A DNA stretch of 64,000 nucleotides from Leptospiraceae bacterium (GTDB taxonomy: Bacteria; Spirochaetota; Leptospiria; Leptospirales; Leptonemataceae). Where the stretch lies: NCBI GenBank assembly GCA_040217195.1, contig JAVJNR010000003.1, positions 480,001 through 544,000 on the forward strand, in the 5' to 3' direction. Below, piece by piece: positions 52,831 to 62,225 of this stretch (positions are counted from its first letter, which is position 1; the number at the start of each line of letters is the position of its first letter). The notes beneath the pieces were generated by a model, which did no database searches, was not told the origin of the DNA, and saw only the letters and a program-made list of their open reading frames with translations. A program made the position numbers and the translations under genes.

Positions 52831-52915
52831 GGAGAGGTGTCCGAGCGGTTTAAGGTGCTTGCTTGGAAAGCAAGTGTGGGGCAACCCACCGGGGGTTCGA
52901 ATCCCCCCCTCTCCG
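52831..52915 (+). tRNA. tRNA-Ser (GGA)
   Basis: ggagagg/cctctcc acceptor stem, cttgc-ttGGAaa-gcaag anticodon arm, long variable arm, GTTCGAATC. Confidence 0.97.
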
Positions 52916-53135
52916 ATTTATGGGGTCCATCGAGCCCGGAAGGCGAGCCTTCCCTGGCTCGACTTCCGGGCGCTCAGCCGTCCTGGCTTCGCCTTTCGAT
53001 ACACCCCATAAATCGCTTACCCCCCCCCATTCATTAAGTACCAGACCCAATAGGCGATGTCCATGGATGGACAAGTGTCGCGGAGGACACGAGGTCCGAG
53101 AGCGACTGAGCCCTCCTGGCTCGACTTCCTGACGT
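52914..53135. repeat. REP-like palindrome cluster downstream of tRNA-Ser
   Basis: Outer IR cgatttatggggt/accccataaatcg enclosing two hairpins; GAGCC-n5/6-GGCTCGACTTCC repeated at 52945 and 53108; hairpin at 53054-53081. Confidence 0.6.
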
Positions 53136-53310
53136 TCGGCCCTAACCGGTGGCCAATCCCAGATTGGTCCTGTCTCTACTCTCGCCTTCCAGTTGAGCCT
53201 CGAGGAGCCGCAAAGCCGAATCTGTTAGACCATCGGCCGGGGCTACGATCATTCAGACCTTTCTGCCGACCAAGCTCTGCAATGGAGCAACCGCTATCCT
53301 TTCATCCGTC

Positions 53311-53940
53311 TCAGATCCAGCCAAGTATGCCAGCAAAGACCGCCAGCAGCACAACGTTTACCGCGAACAACGAACCGATCACCATCACCTGGCGACGGGG
53401 CGGCCAGTCGTGGCACAGAAAGGACACCACAAAAAAGGGAATGTAAACGGTTACAAATACGGTGAGCGATCCCCACCAGGGGTAGACCCAGACAAAGGCC
53501 GGTGTCTTCGCGAGGAAGATCTCTATAATAGAAAAGAAAGCAGCGTTTCCCAGGGCAAGCGCAACGCGATTGGGGATTCCAAGGATACGCACCCCCGGAT
53601 CCTCGGGGAGCAGCTTTGAAAGCACGACGCCCGCAATCGAAAACATGAAACTGAGTTCAATGCCCACCCCCACGAGGATCAGGAAAGCCGTTCCAGTGGG
53701 TACAGTCCAGAGGGCATGACCGCTAAAATGCTGTATCAATGCATTTGCGATCTCAAACAGCCAGTGCACCATGTAGAGCGAGAGCCCCGCAGCAATCCCC
53801 TTCCAGTTGCCCTTCGAGTACTCGTTCGTATAGACGTAAACCGTCAACGCCAGAAGTGCGATGACGTACCACTGAAAGTTCGCGCCACTTCGCAGAATGG
53901 CCAGCGCATTGTCGGTTGCTTCAGGCATGTTTAATTGCAT
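53311..53940 (-). CDS. Hypothetical integral membrane protein
   Basis: About six TM segments; SD GAGGA; co-oriented downstream of the glycosidase-like gene. Confidence 0.75.
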   Translation of the reverse strand: MQLNMPEATDNALAILRSGANFQWYVIALLALTVYVYTNEYSKGNWKGIAAGLSLYMVHWLFEIANALIQHFSGHALWTVPTGTAFLILVGVGIELSFMFSIAGVVLSKLLPEDPGVRILGIPNRVALALGNAAFFSIIEIFLAKTPAFVWVYPWWGSLTVFVTVYIPFFVVSFLCHDWPPRRQVMVIGSLFAVNVVLLAVFAGILGWI

Positions 53941-53960
53941 TGTGATTCCTCCTCTACTTG

Positions 53961-54953
53961 TTAGAGCGCGGCCTCGGCCAAGCCAATATATTCGCTACCC
54001 TTGCTCCAGTGCCAGTCATTGCGGGCGTTGAAGTACATACGCCACTTGCCAGCCTGATCGTCACGGCGGAAGTCGAATGCGTAGACATGACTGCGCATCC
54101 AGGGATACTCTTCCGACGGTGCAATCAGGGGCTCCCTTGCCGTGCGCTCCCAATGCACTCCGTCGGCAGATGCTACGCCCAGAATCGCAGACCGAGAGCG
54201 GCCCTCCCCATCCCGATAGATACTATTCATCATCCCTACGAAGCCGTTGTCTGACGGCATCGCCTTAAGCGATCCGCACCCCATGTTCAACAATGGATCG
54301 CTCTGATCCGGCGCCATGATCGGTTCGGAGAGTGTTTCGTACGGACCGTGTAGCTCTCTGGCGCGCGCCAGGCCAAAATACTTTGGCTCGTTGAAGCCGC
54401 AATCGTCGAGGTGCACCAGGTTGGCCGAATAGAACAATAAAAAGCCGTCGTTTGTGGGGAGTAGACAGGGGTTGCTCACCGACTCCCCATAGCGCGAATC
54501 GCGATGCCAGTCCAGGGTTGGCTTGAGTAGCACAGTGGGCTTGCTCCAGCTGAATAGATCGTCGGAGCTGCGCAGTTCAATCTGGGACCGCCAGCGAATT
54601 GGCAACCAGCCCAGATACAGATGAAAGCGTCGGATCTTCTCATACACGAGATGGTACTGCCCGCCATGACGAAATAGGTAAGGACGCATGGCGTGGGGCA
54701 CAACTCGGCCCTGACGTTTGAAATGAACACCATCGCCCGAGGTGTAGTGAAAGATGCCCTGAAGCGCATGCGCAAACAGATGCATCTGCCCATCGGGGCA
54801 ATCCTGTGCAGGCAAGAAGCTCGGGTCAGCCATGATTGGTGATCGGGGTGGGGGACCGAGCACGGGGTTTTCAGCGTACAGCTGCCAGTCCAGTCTGCTG
54901 AAGTCTGCTGCTCGAATCACCTGTGCCCCTGTCGTCATGGACACAGGCTGCAC
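53961..54953 (-). CDS. Five-bladed beta-propeller glycoside hydrolase-like protein (GH43/GH32-like)
   Basis: NPVL..P...MADPS, S.DG..F/W Asp-box-like repeats, SNPCL, EP(I/L)(M/I)AP blades. Confidence 0.7.
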   Translation of the reverse strand: MQPVSMTTGAQVIRAADFSRLDWQLYAENPVLGPPPRSPIMADPSFLPAQDCPDGQMHLFAHALQGIFHYTSGDGVHFKRQGRVVPHAMRPYLFRHGGQYHLVYEKIRRFHLYLGWLPIRWRSQIELRSSDDLFSWSKPTVLLKPTLDWHRDSRYGESVSNPCLLPTNDGFLLFYSANLVHLDDCGFNEPKYFGLARARELHGPYETLSEPIMAPDQSDPLLNMGCGSLKAMPSDNGFVGMMNSIYRDGEGRSRSAILGVASADGVHWERTAREPLIAPSEEYPWMRSHVYAFDFRRDDQAGKWRMYFNARNDWHWSKGSEYIGLAEAAL

Positions 54954-55098
54954 CAGAAGAGCCGGAGTCGCAACTACTAAAATAGCGGAATGTCATCCAT
55001 TTGCACCCCAACACAGATGGGTCGGACGTTCGCCTGGATTGTAGATGGACAGGACCGATGGCCATCTACCTGGACGCCCGGGAGCGACTCCCATGTAA

Positions 55099-55344
55099 CA
55101 CGCAGGGCACCTATTTCCGGGCAAGCACTGGGACCCTGATGCCGATCCCACCGTAGGCCTGTTCTCCCACCGCACACATAGTCGCCGGGGACGCAGAAGA
55201 CCCTGGTTCTTGTTCGCTGCCTTTCCCCTGGATCTTTCCTTGCGGGTGGACAATAAGATGACCTACCTCGCTGGCATTTCCATTGTGGCGGTGGCCGTGC
55301 TGAGCTTCTTCGGGTTCGGCCAGCCTCTGAGCAAGGTTCACTGA
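55099..55344 (+). pseudogene. Remnant of a GPH/MelB-family MFS sugar transporter
   Basis: Manual translation GKHWDPDADPTVGLFSHRTHSRRGRRRPWFLFAAFPL matches the WDA..DP..G..SDRT.S..GRRRPW motif; in-frame TAA at 55096; only about 80 codons. Confidence 0.7.
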
Positions 55345-56282
55345 ATCGCCAATGATTCGATCGGTTCAGACAAGTCCTGCGCCGCCGATTCTAACTGTTG
55401 TCTTAAATTCTTAATGTCCCGGGATGGAGCGAGCCCAAATAGTCTGGAGTAATCCCGGCTAAACTGCGACGGACTTTCATAGCCCACCGAATAAGCTACG
55501 GATGTTATATCCTCCGTTTCAGTAGCCAGAAGCTTTCTTCCTTCCTGTAACCGCAGTTGTTTCTGAAATTGTATGGGACTCAGGCCAGTCAATTGCTTGA
55601 AGTGCTGGTAGAAAGCAGACGGGCTCATATCTGCAATCCGAGCCAGGCTCTCCACTCTTACACTTTCAGAAAAATCACGTCTCAGTTTCTCAATACTTCT
55701 GGAAATGCGCAGCACACCACTACCCTGAACAGCCAGATCGTAGAGAACACCAGAAAACCGAGACTGCATCAAATAGTATGTGATCTCTTTTAATATCAAC
55801 GGAGCCAGAATTTCGATATCGCTCTGTCGTCCCAGAGATCGCATTAGCCTTAAATAGGCATCTGTCATCGCATTTTTTGCATCATCCAGAAATACGCCAG
55901 CACTACCGAGATCGTCTGGTTTCCGAAAGTCCGTAGCGCTGGCAATCTCGTAAATGATGGCAGAGTCCAGTCTAAGGATTAAGGCCAGGTAGGGCTTTGC
56001 TGAAGTGGCTCTGGTTACCCTGCCAACCACCGGCAGGTTTGCGGACGAGGCGAAGAACAACCCCGGTTCGCACTGATAAACCTTTTGCCCCACCGTAACA
56101 TCCTTCGCACCCTGCACAATAAAACAAACCGATGGCTCGTAAATAGAGTGCTGCGGTCCTGATAGCACATCACTTCGAATAATTTTCAATGCGTCCAGAG
56201 GAGTTTCAGCCAGCGTACCTGCCCTGGAAAACTCCATTGTTCTTGCTATTAGTTCGGATGGTATTTGTGCATTATCAGACAT
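55338..56282 (-). CDS. AraC family regulator (AraC_N/YqhC-like)
   Basis: YEPSVCFIVQGAK, MSPSAFYQHFK..T.LSPIQFQKQLRLQE, VGYESPSQFSRDYSRLFG. Confidence 0.93.
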   Translation of the reverse strand: MSDNAQIPSELIARTMEFSRAGTLAETPLDALKIIRSDVLSGPQHSIYEPSVCFIVQGAKDVTVGQKVYQCEPGLFFASSANLPVVGRVTRATSAKPYLALILRLDSAIIYEIASATDFRKPDDLGSAGVFLDDAKNAMTDAYLRLMRSLGRQSDIEILAPLILKEITYYLMQSRFSGVLYDLAVQGSGVLRISRSIEKLRRDFSESVRVESLARIADMSPSAFYQHFKQLTGLSPIQFQKQLRLQEGRKLLATETEDITSVAYSVGYESPSQFSRDYSRLFGLAPSRDIKNLRQQLESAAQDLSEPIESLAIQ

Positions 56283-56305
56283 GAAAACACTCCTAAATAG
56301 GCTGA

Positions 56306-57094
56306 CTAAAAAACTCCGCCTCTTGCTGCCGTCATACTTTGATTGAATTCATCGAAAAACTTCTGGTATTCCGCATGGCCTTTTTCTGAAGCGAATCTAA
56401 GAGGTTGTACTCTTTCCACCAGTATCTCCTTAGAATCTGGATTTTTTTCGATTTGTTGCATAACTTCGGCAATAAATTCCTCCAGAGGCATGGCCATTGG
56501 ATCCTTTGCCTGAGCCTCACCTGTTAATTCGGTTTGCACATACGGAGGAGCCAACTCCACTACTCGAACCTGAGTATCCTTCAGCTGGTACCGGAGGCTC
56601 TCTGTATACGAATGCAATCCGGCTTTGGATGCACAATAGCCGGGATACATTGCCAGAGGAATGAACGCCAGGCCGGAAGTAACTGTCATTATCATGGCTG
56701 ATGGTCTTTGCACGAAATGAGGAATCAGCACATTATTCAACAGCATGGGTCCCAGTAGATTGATAGCCACAGTTTCCATCTGAATTTCCGATGACGGTCC
56801 AGAGACCAGGCTTTCTGATTTCATTATCCCGGCATTATGAACGATGCCATTCAACTCCGGAAAATCGGCCAGGATTTTCTGCCCTACCGATTGGATTTCT
56901 CCGGGATCAGTCATATCCATGCGATAGGTGGAGAATCCCAGATCCGCAGCATTTTTCAATTTGGCCTCCGATCGGTTAGCGATCAGTACCGTATTTCCGC
57001 GATTTCGAAACTCCTGAGCCAGGGCCAGACCAATGCCGGATCCTCCTCCTGTAATCAGTATTGTATTACCTTGCAATTTCATATTTGCCTCCAT
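56306..57094 (-). CDS. Short-chain dehydrogenase (DltE-like)
   Basis: TGGGSGIG, NAG, YCASK, ELAPPYVQT. Confidence 0.93.
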   Translation of the reverse strand: MEANMKLQGNTILITGGGSGIGLALAQEFRNRGNTVLIANRSEAKLKNAADLGFSTYRMDMTDPGEIQSVGQKILADFPELNGIVHNAGIMKSESLVSGPSSEIQMETVAINLLGPMLLNNVLIPHFVQRPSAMIMTVTSGLAFIPLAMYPGYCASKAGLHSYTESLRYQLKDTQVRVVELAPPYVQTELTGEAQAKDPMAMPLEEFIAEVMQQIEKNPDSKEILVERVQPLRFASEKGHAEYQKFFDEFNQSMTAARGGVF

Positions 57095-57138
57095 TTGATT
57101 CTATATGCAAGGCATTCCCGGTCGATAGCGACCATATC

Positions 57139-57167
57139 GATCCTCCGAAGCATTTGCCTGATCCTCC
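57139..57167. promoter_or_regulatory. Candidate AraC operator (GATCCTCC direct repeat, 21-bp period)
   Basis: gatcctcc-gaagcatttgcct-gatcctcc upstream of the SDR-araC unit. Confidence 0.5.
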
Positions 57168-57581
57168 AGGAATAAGAGCGGCCCATATCCGAAAAAAGAC
57201 TGAGTCCTTGCTAATGCGGACTCAGTTTCCCTACAATCTACTTCGCTTCGCAAAGAGAAAGCCTGCTATTTCACGATATTTCATTTTCGCTTCAGTCTCT
57301 CTGCCCTGCCTAAGTACCAGCATGACCTCCGAATGAGGTCCGAGTGGAGCATCCCTGTATTCTAGTTTAAGCTCATCAAGCAGGAATGCTACGGTCCGCT
57401 CCTGTGTTCCCACTCGCTGCTTTAATTCGACTTTGTTTTTCCATGCCAGAGTATTCAATGAGCGGAAAGGGAAATTAGATCAAGATATTCCATTGATTTT
57501 TCTGCCATTGACGCTGCAAAGACAGCTCATTTCAGCCGCTATACACCTTGACTCAGAGTCATGGATTCTTAGAGTTCCGCA

Positions 57582-58277
57582 ATGAATCCGCTTCCAATTC
57601 TCCGGTGGGTGATAGCTCTACCAATTGCCTGGATTTTCTTCGGCTGCAGCACCTATGCTTCCAGGTATTATCAAATGCCGGTATCCGAAAACAGTGCCTG
57701 GACAATTGGAGAGAAAGAGATGCCCGAACCCTATTCTCCAGTTTCGTACGCAGAGTTCAGCAACGATGACCTTCTGGTTCGAATTAGTGTTCCCCTGAGC
57801 GGACGTCGACAACACACAGTGGGGCCATGCCTGCTACCTCTAATCCCTGTAAGAAGAGATTATCGGACGGACCTGTACATAAACATTGAGATACAGGCAA
57901 ATGCAGAAAGCGAATTGATCATTGATCCGGGACAATGGACATTAGAGATTATTGGACCGGGGCAAGACTGTCTTGATTGCGAAGAGACAACAAGGACACT
58001 ATCGCCACACCATATTCAAATCAAAAGGTATACCGGAGCAACGGATCTGGAGCGAATGGACGTCGGTCCGGCTGTGAACTGGAACGGCAATGCAGATCTG
58101 AGGCTGCTCACAATCACAGGCGGAGATATAACCTTCCACACATTTACACTGAAGAATCTCTCCTTTGACGTGAACGGAGAATTAGTGCAGCTGCCACCAA
58201 TTACCTTTCATCGAAAAAGTCGAATGGATTATACTCCCTGGACGACCGATGCGCTAGAAATTATTCTGCCTCGCTAG
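57582..58277 (+). CDS. Hypothetical lipoprotein
   Basis: IFFGC lipobox; 231-aa ORF. Confidence 0.65.
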   Translation: MNPLPILRWVIALPIAWIFFGCSTYASRYYQMPVSENSAWTIGEKEMPEPYSPVSYAEFSNDDLLVRISVPLSGRRQHTVGPCLLPLIPVRRDYRTDLYINIEIQANAESELIIDPGQWTLEIIGPGQDCLDCEETTRTLSPHHIQIKRYTGATDLERMDVGPAVNWNGNADLRLLTITGGDITFHTFTLKNLSFDVNGELVQLPPITFHRKSRMDYTPWTTDALEIILPR

Positions 58278-58342
58278 CTCGCCTCTACCGGTATGTCTTT
58301 TGCTGGACCGGCTCGAACCGTCCCACCCGAATAGTAAAAAGT

Positions 58343-58879
58343 ATGGATAATACGATCCCTGTGGATATACTGCTCAAGCATCGCTCAAAGCTTCTGGCTT
58401 TTGTGAGGAATCGGCTGGGAGATGCGGACCTGGCAGAAGATTTATTTCAGGAAGCACTACTTCGAGCAATTCGAAAGGCTCCTGAAGTGGACGAGGAAGA
58501 GCAACTGCTGGCCTGGTTTTACCGGGTTTTGAGAAATGCCATCATAGACCAGTATAGAAGAAATGCTGCGGAAGAAAGAAGAGTAGAATCAGTAGCAGCA
58601 ACTCTTTCAGATTCGGATTTCCAGGAGGTGGAAAAAGAACTCTGCCAATGTTTTCTGGAATTACTTCCTGCCCTTAAACCGGAGTACAGGGAAATGATCG
58701 AGAAGCTGGAGCTGGGCCATGAAGATCCAGAAAAGGCTGCTTTCAGACTGGGTATCGAACGAAACAACTTAAAGGTGCGTCGTCACAGAGCCCGGCAGCA
58801 GCTCAAAGAAAGACTGGAGCAGACATGCCGCACCTGTGCCGAACACGGCTGCCTGGATTGCACCTGCAAGAAAGGGTAA
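58343..58879 (+). CDS. CorE-like (ECF44-type) metal-responsive ECF sigma factor
   Basis: Sigma2 (AEDLFQE, WFYRVLRNAIID), CQC linker motif, sigma4, C-terminal CRTCAEHGCLDCTC; next to copper genes. Confidence 0.88.
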   Translation: MDNTIPVDILLKHRSKLLAFVRNRLGDADLAEDLFQEALLRAIRKAPEVDEEEQLLAWFYRVLRNAIIDQYRRNAAEERRVESVAATLSDSDFQEVEKELCQCFLELLPALKPEYREMIEKLELGHEDPEKAAFRLGIERNNLKVRRHRARQQLKERLEQTCRTCAEHGCLDCTCKKG

Positions 58880-59029
58880 GACTTTCAATCTAATTCACTG
58901 AAGTCTTCGGCCAGAGATAGGCTGCTGCATTCTACTCACTTATTTCGGGAATCAAATCATTCATCGGCCGAAAGCATTTCCGCATTAACGGTAGATCCTG
59001 CCTTCGGCCGGAGAATGGCTAAAGCAACT

Positions 59030-59512
59030 TTACTCTACGTACATCAGTCCCACCATGCCGGCCTCTCTATGTCCGGGAATCGAGCAATAATACTCATAGG
59101 TCCCGGAGCGAATTGCTCGAAATTTCAATCTGGCATTCTGACCTGGACCTGCCATCAGATGTAATTGATCCGCGGATACAGGGTGGTTATGATCTGGATG
59201 ATGGGCATCCGCATTCTGGGTATGGGCCTTTGTTGCGTTGCCCATTATGCTGGACTGGTCCGCTTGCCCACCAGGGATTCGCATATTCCAGTCATGGAGA
59301 ATCCTTCCGTCATTTTTGAACTCAATCAAAACCTCGTCACCCTCTCTGACACGAAAGGAAATCGGCAAAAACTCCATTTCCTGCGCCACGATGCGTATCC
59401 TGGGCGCGGCATCCAACGGCTCCTTCTCTATCAGCTGATTTCTCTCAGCGTCCTGGCGGCAGCCAATGAACATCATTATCAACAGAAACGTTACTCTGGG
59501 TAGTCTGACCAT
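59030..59512 (-). CDS. Cupredoxin (type-1 copper) lipoprotein with His-rich loop
   Basis: Start ATG 59512 after AAGGAG; MFIGC lipobox; HDW...YYCSIPGHREAGM ligands; HTQNADAHHPDHNH loop. Confidence 0.88.
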   Translation of the reverse strand: MVRLPRVTFLLIMMFIGCRQDAERNQLIEKEPLDAAPRIRIVAQEMEFLPISFRVREGDEVLIEFKNDGRILHDWNMRIPGGQADQSSIMGNATKAHTQNADAHHPDHNHPVSADQLHLMAGPGQNARLKFRAIRSGTYEYYCSIPGHREAGMVGLMYVE

Positions 59513-59549
59513 AATTGTACTCCTTTTCCGGGGTTGTCCCCTGCTCTTT

Positions 59550-59576
59550 AAACGCAAAGGCACCAAAAGGGTTACA
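59550..59576 (-). promoter_or_regulatory. ECF promoter for the cupredoxin gene
   Basis: Minus strand TGTAACC-cttttggtgcctttg-CGTTT. Confidence 0.75.
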
Positions 59577-59609
59577 ACGGCACGGAACGGCCCGTCCAAA
59601 AAAAAAGAC

Positions 59610-59636
59610 TGTAACCGGCTCGACTGAGCTCCGTTT
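59610..59636 (+). promoter_or_regulatory. ECF promoter for copZ-copA
   Basis: TGTAACC-ggctcgactgagctc-CGTTT, same boxes and spacing as the divergent copy. Confidence 0.75.
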
Positions 59637-59683
59637 GCCCTGGATAGAGCGGCCAGAATGGTTCGTTCAACAGGAGTATGATA

Positions 59684-59902
59684 ATGAAGACCATAGAATT
59701 CAAAATCGAAGGAATGAGCTGTAGCCATTGCGTACAGACTGCTCAAGAGGCCCTGTCCGGTCTGGGAATCCAGGCGAAGCCAGATCTAGAGACCGGAATT
59801 ACAAAAGCGACGATGTACGAATCCGTCAGCGTGGACGAGATTCGCAGAGCTTTAGAGCGCGAAGGATACCGAGTAATTACCGGAGGAGCAAACGAAAACT
59901 GA
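59684..59902 (+). CDS. copZ: Copper chaperone (HMA domain)
   Basis: GMSCSHC; SD AGGAG; directly upstream of the P1B ATPase. Confidence 0.88.
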   Translation: MKTIEFKIEGMSCSHCVQTAQEALSGLGIQAKPDLETGITKATMYESVSVDEIRRALEREGYRVITGGANEN

Positions 59903-59966
59903 GAATGAAGCCAGCGACTCCGCTCTGAAAAAGACCGGATCGCTGGCATTTCTAGAGGATATACCA

Positions 59967-62159
59967 ATGCCAAAAACAACATTTGAGATATCAGGGATGA
60001 CCTGCGCCAACTGTGCTCTAAGAATTGAACGAGGTCTATCCGGAATGCCAGGAGTAAGGAAGGCCTACGTCAACTTCGCGGTGGAAACAGCTACAGTGGA
60101 ATACTCGGAGATTGCAGATTCCGCTGAATTCATTAAGAAAGTGCGGACTCTGGGTTATGGCGCTCGTGAGCAATCCAAAACAGTTGATGAGTTCGCGGAG
60201 TCGAAACAGGCTCAGCATTACAATCGAATGTTCTGGACCTGGATTGCTTCAGCACTGCTTTCTGCTCCCCTGGCCTACACCATGGCGGCCCACCTGGGAC
60301 TAAATTTTCTGCCTGTGCCTCAATGGCTGATGAATCCCTATCTACAACTTATCCTGGCTACTCCGGTGCAATTTATTATTGGGGCACGATTCTATTCAGG
60401 TGCTTACCGAGCCCTTCGGGCTGGGAGCGCAAACATGGACACACTGGTGGCCGTAGGCACCTCCGCCGCATTCTTCTACAGCCTGTATATGAGCATCCAG
60501 GGAGCAGCGCATGAAGGTCTTTATTATGAAACAAGTGCAGTACTGATTACCCTGATTCTTCTCGGTAAACTGATGGAAGCGAAAGCGAAAGGTAGAACAT
60601 CGTCCGCCATCAGAAAACTTCTACAGTTGCAAGCCAGGACAGCATTGTTGGAGCGTAATGGTCAGGAGATCATGGTGCCTCTGGAAGAAGTAGTAGCCGG
60701 CGATATAGTCCGAGTTCGGCCGGGAGAGGTAATTCCTGTCGATGGATCAGTTCTGGAAGGGGAATCAGCGGTGAATGAAGCGATGATTACTGGAGAAAGC
60801 ATGCCGGTAGAAAAGAAATCCGGCGATTCGGTGATCGGTTCAACTCTCAATCAATTTGGCTTCTTGAGAATTCGCACAGAAAAAGTCGGCAGCGAAGCGA
60901 CGCTGGCCAGAATCGTACATGCAGTTCGAGAGGCCCAGGCTATGCGAGCCCCCATACAGAGGTTTGCCGACCGGGTATCCTCTGTATTCACTCCTGCAAT
61001 CCTTCTGGCCGCAGCTTTAACTTTTATTGGATGGTATTTTCTCATCGAGCCTCAGAATCTTTCGGGGGCTCTGGAAAAAGCCATAGCTGTACTGGTTATC
61101 GCCTGTCCCTGTGCTCTGGGCCTGGCAACCCCCACCTCTATAATGGCCGGCTCCGGTCGGGGAGCCGAAATGGGAGTTCTATTTCGCGGGGGTGAGCATC
61201 TGGAAGGCGCTGGATCCCTTCAAATCATTGCCCTGGATAAGACCGGGACCATTACAAAAGGCCAGCCGGTGGTTCGAGCGCTGGAAAGTATTGGGAACAA
61301 GTCCAACGTGGAACTGCTCCGGATGGCAGCGGCAGTGGAGAAAAACAGCGAGCATCCACTGGCAGAGGCAATACTCAACGAAGCCAGGAAGCGATCTGTG
61401 GGAATTCAATCCCCCGAATCCTTTCAAGTATATCCTGGCGGTGGTGTGGAGGCCGAAGTAAACGGTGCTTCCCTTTTACTGGGTTCGCCCTCCTTTTTAA
61501 AGAGTCGGAATGTGCCTGTGATCATGGAGGAGCGAGTGGCTGATCTTGAGCAGCAGGGAATGACTGTTGTTATCCTGGCAATGGATGGCGTAGCCCAGGG
61601 AGTCATTGGAATTGCAGATGAGATTCGACCGGAAGCTCCGGAGGTAATGAAGCAGCTTCGTCAGCTGGGGATGGAGCTGGTGATGATAACCGGCGACAAC
61701 CGTCGTACTGCGGCTGCAATTGCCCGCCAGGTGGGAATCGAGAGATACCTTGCAGAAGTGCGACCGGAGGAAAAAGGACAGGCGATCGAGGAGCTAAAAA
61801 AGGCAGGTAAATCCGTGGCCATGGTGGGCGACGGAATAAACGATGCCCCGGCTCTGGCAGCAGCCGATGTGGGTATTGCTATGGGCAGCGGATCCGATAT
61901 CGCAATCGAAAGCGCAGATGTAGCTCTCATGAGCAGCGATCTCCACGGATTGGTACGCCTGGTCAGACTTGCAAGAATGACCATGAGCAATGTCCGGCAG
62001 AATCTATTCTGGGCTCTGGCATATAACACTCTGGGGATACCAGTGGCCGCCCTGGGATTTCTGGCTCCCTGGCTTGCGGGGGCAGCCATGGCCTTGAGTT
62101 CTGTATCTGTAACCTTAAACGCCCTGCGATTGCAGCGTTTCGCCAGCAATAAAAATTAA
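59967..62159 (+). CDS. copA: Cu(I)-exporting P1B-type ATPase
   Basis: [33 protein letters not shown] and M..SS TM ligands. Confidence 0.96.
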   Translation: MPKTTFEISGMTCANCALRIERGLSGMPGVRKAYVNFAVETATVEYSEIADSAEFIKKVRTLGYGAREQSKTVDEFAESKQAQHYNRMFWTWIASALLSAPLAYTMAAHLGLNFLPVPQWLMNPYLQLILATPVQFIIGARFYSGAYRALRAGSANMDTLVAVGTSAAFFYSLYMSIQGAAHEGLYYETSAVLITLILLGKLMEAKAKGRTSSAIRKLLQLQARTALLERNGQEIMVPLEEVVAGDIVRVRPGEVIPVDGSVLEGESAVNEAMITGESMPVEKKSGDSVIGSTLNQFGFLRIRTEKVGSEATLARIVHAVREAQAMRAPIQRFADRVSSVFTPAILLAAALTFIGWYFLIEPQNLSGALEKAIAVLVIACPCALGLATPTSIMAGSGRGAEMGVLFRGGEHLEGAGSLQIIALDKTGTITKGQPVVRALESIGNKSNVELLRMAAAVEKNSEHPLAEAILNEARKRSVGIQSPESFQVYPGGGVEAEVNGASLLLGSPSFLKSRNVPVIMEERVADLEQQGMTVVILAMDGVAQGVIGIADEIRPEAPEVMKQLRQLGMELVMITGDNRRTAAAIARQVGIERYLAEVRPEEKGQAIEELKKAGKSVAMVGDGINDAPALAAADVGIAMGSGSDIAIESADVALMSSDLHGLVRLVRLARMTMSNVRQNLFWALAYNTLGIPVAALGFLAPWLAGAAMALSSVSVTLNALRLQRFASNKN

Positions 62160-62225
62160 CCCCGGCGTTCCTAATAGCGGGCCGAATCCAGATAGATTTC
62201 CGGATTCGGCTCTTTCTTCCCGTGC

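Noticed and set aside
52757..53446. Several short ORFs around tRNA-Ser
   Set aside because: They overlap the tRNA and GC-rich palindromes and are treated as spurious.
57231..57458. 75-aa ORF upstream of the SDR gene
   Set aside because: TTG start without a clear SD or recognisable motif; it may be a remnant but cannot be supported.
59513..59746. ORF-track 78-aa extension of the cupredoxin
   Set aside because: It overlaps copZ and the promoter region; the SD and lipoprotein signal place the start at 59512.
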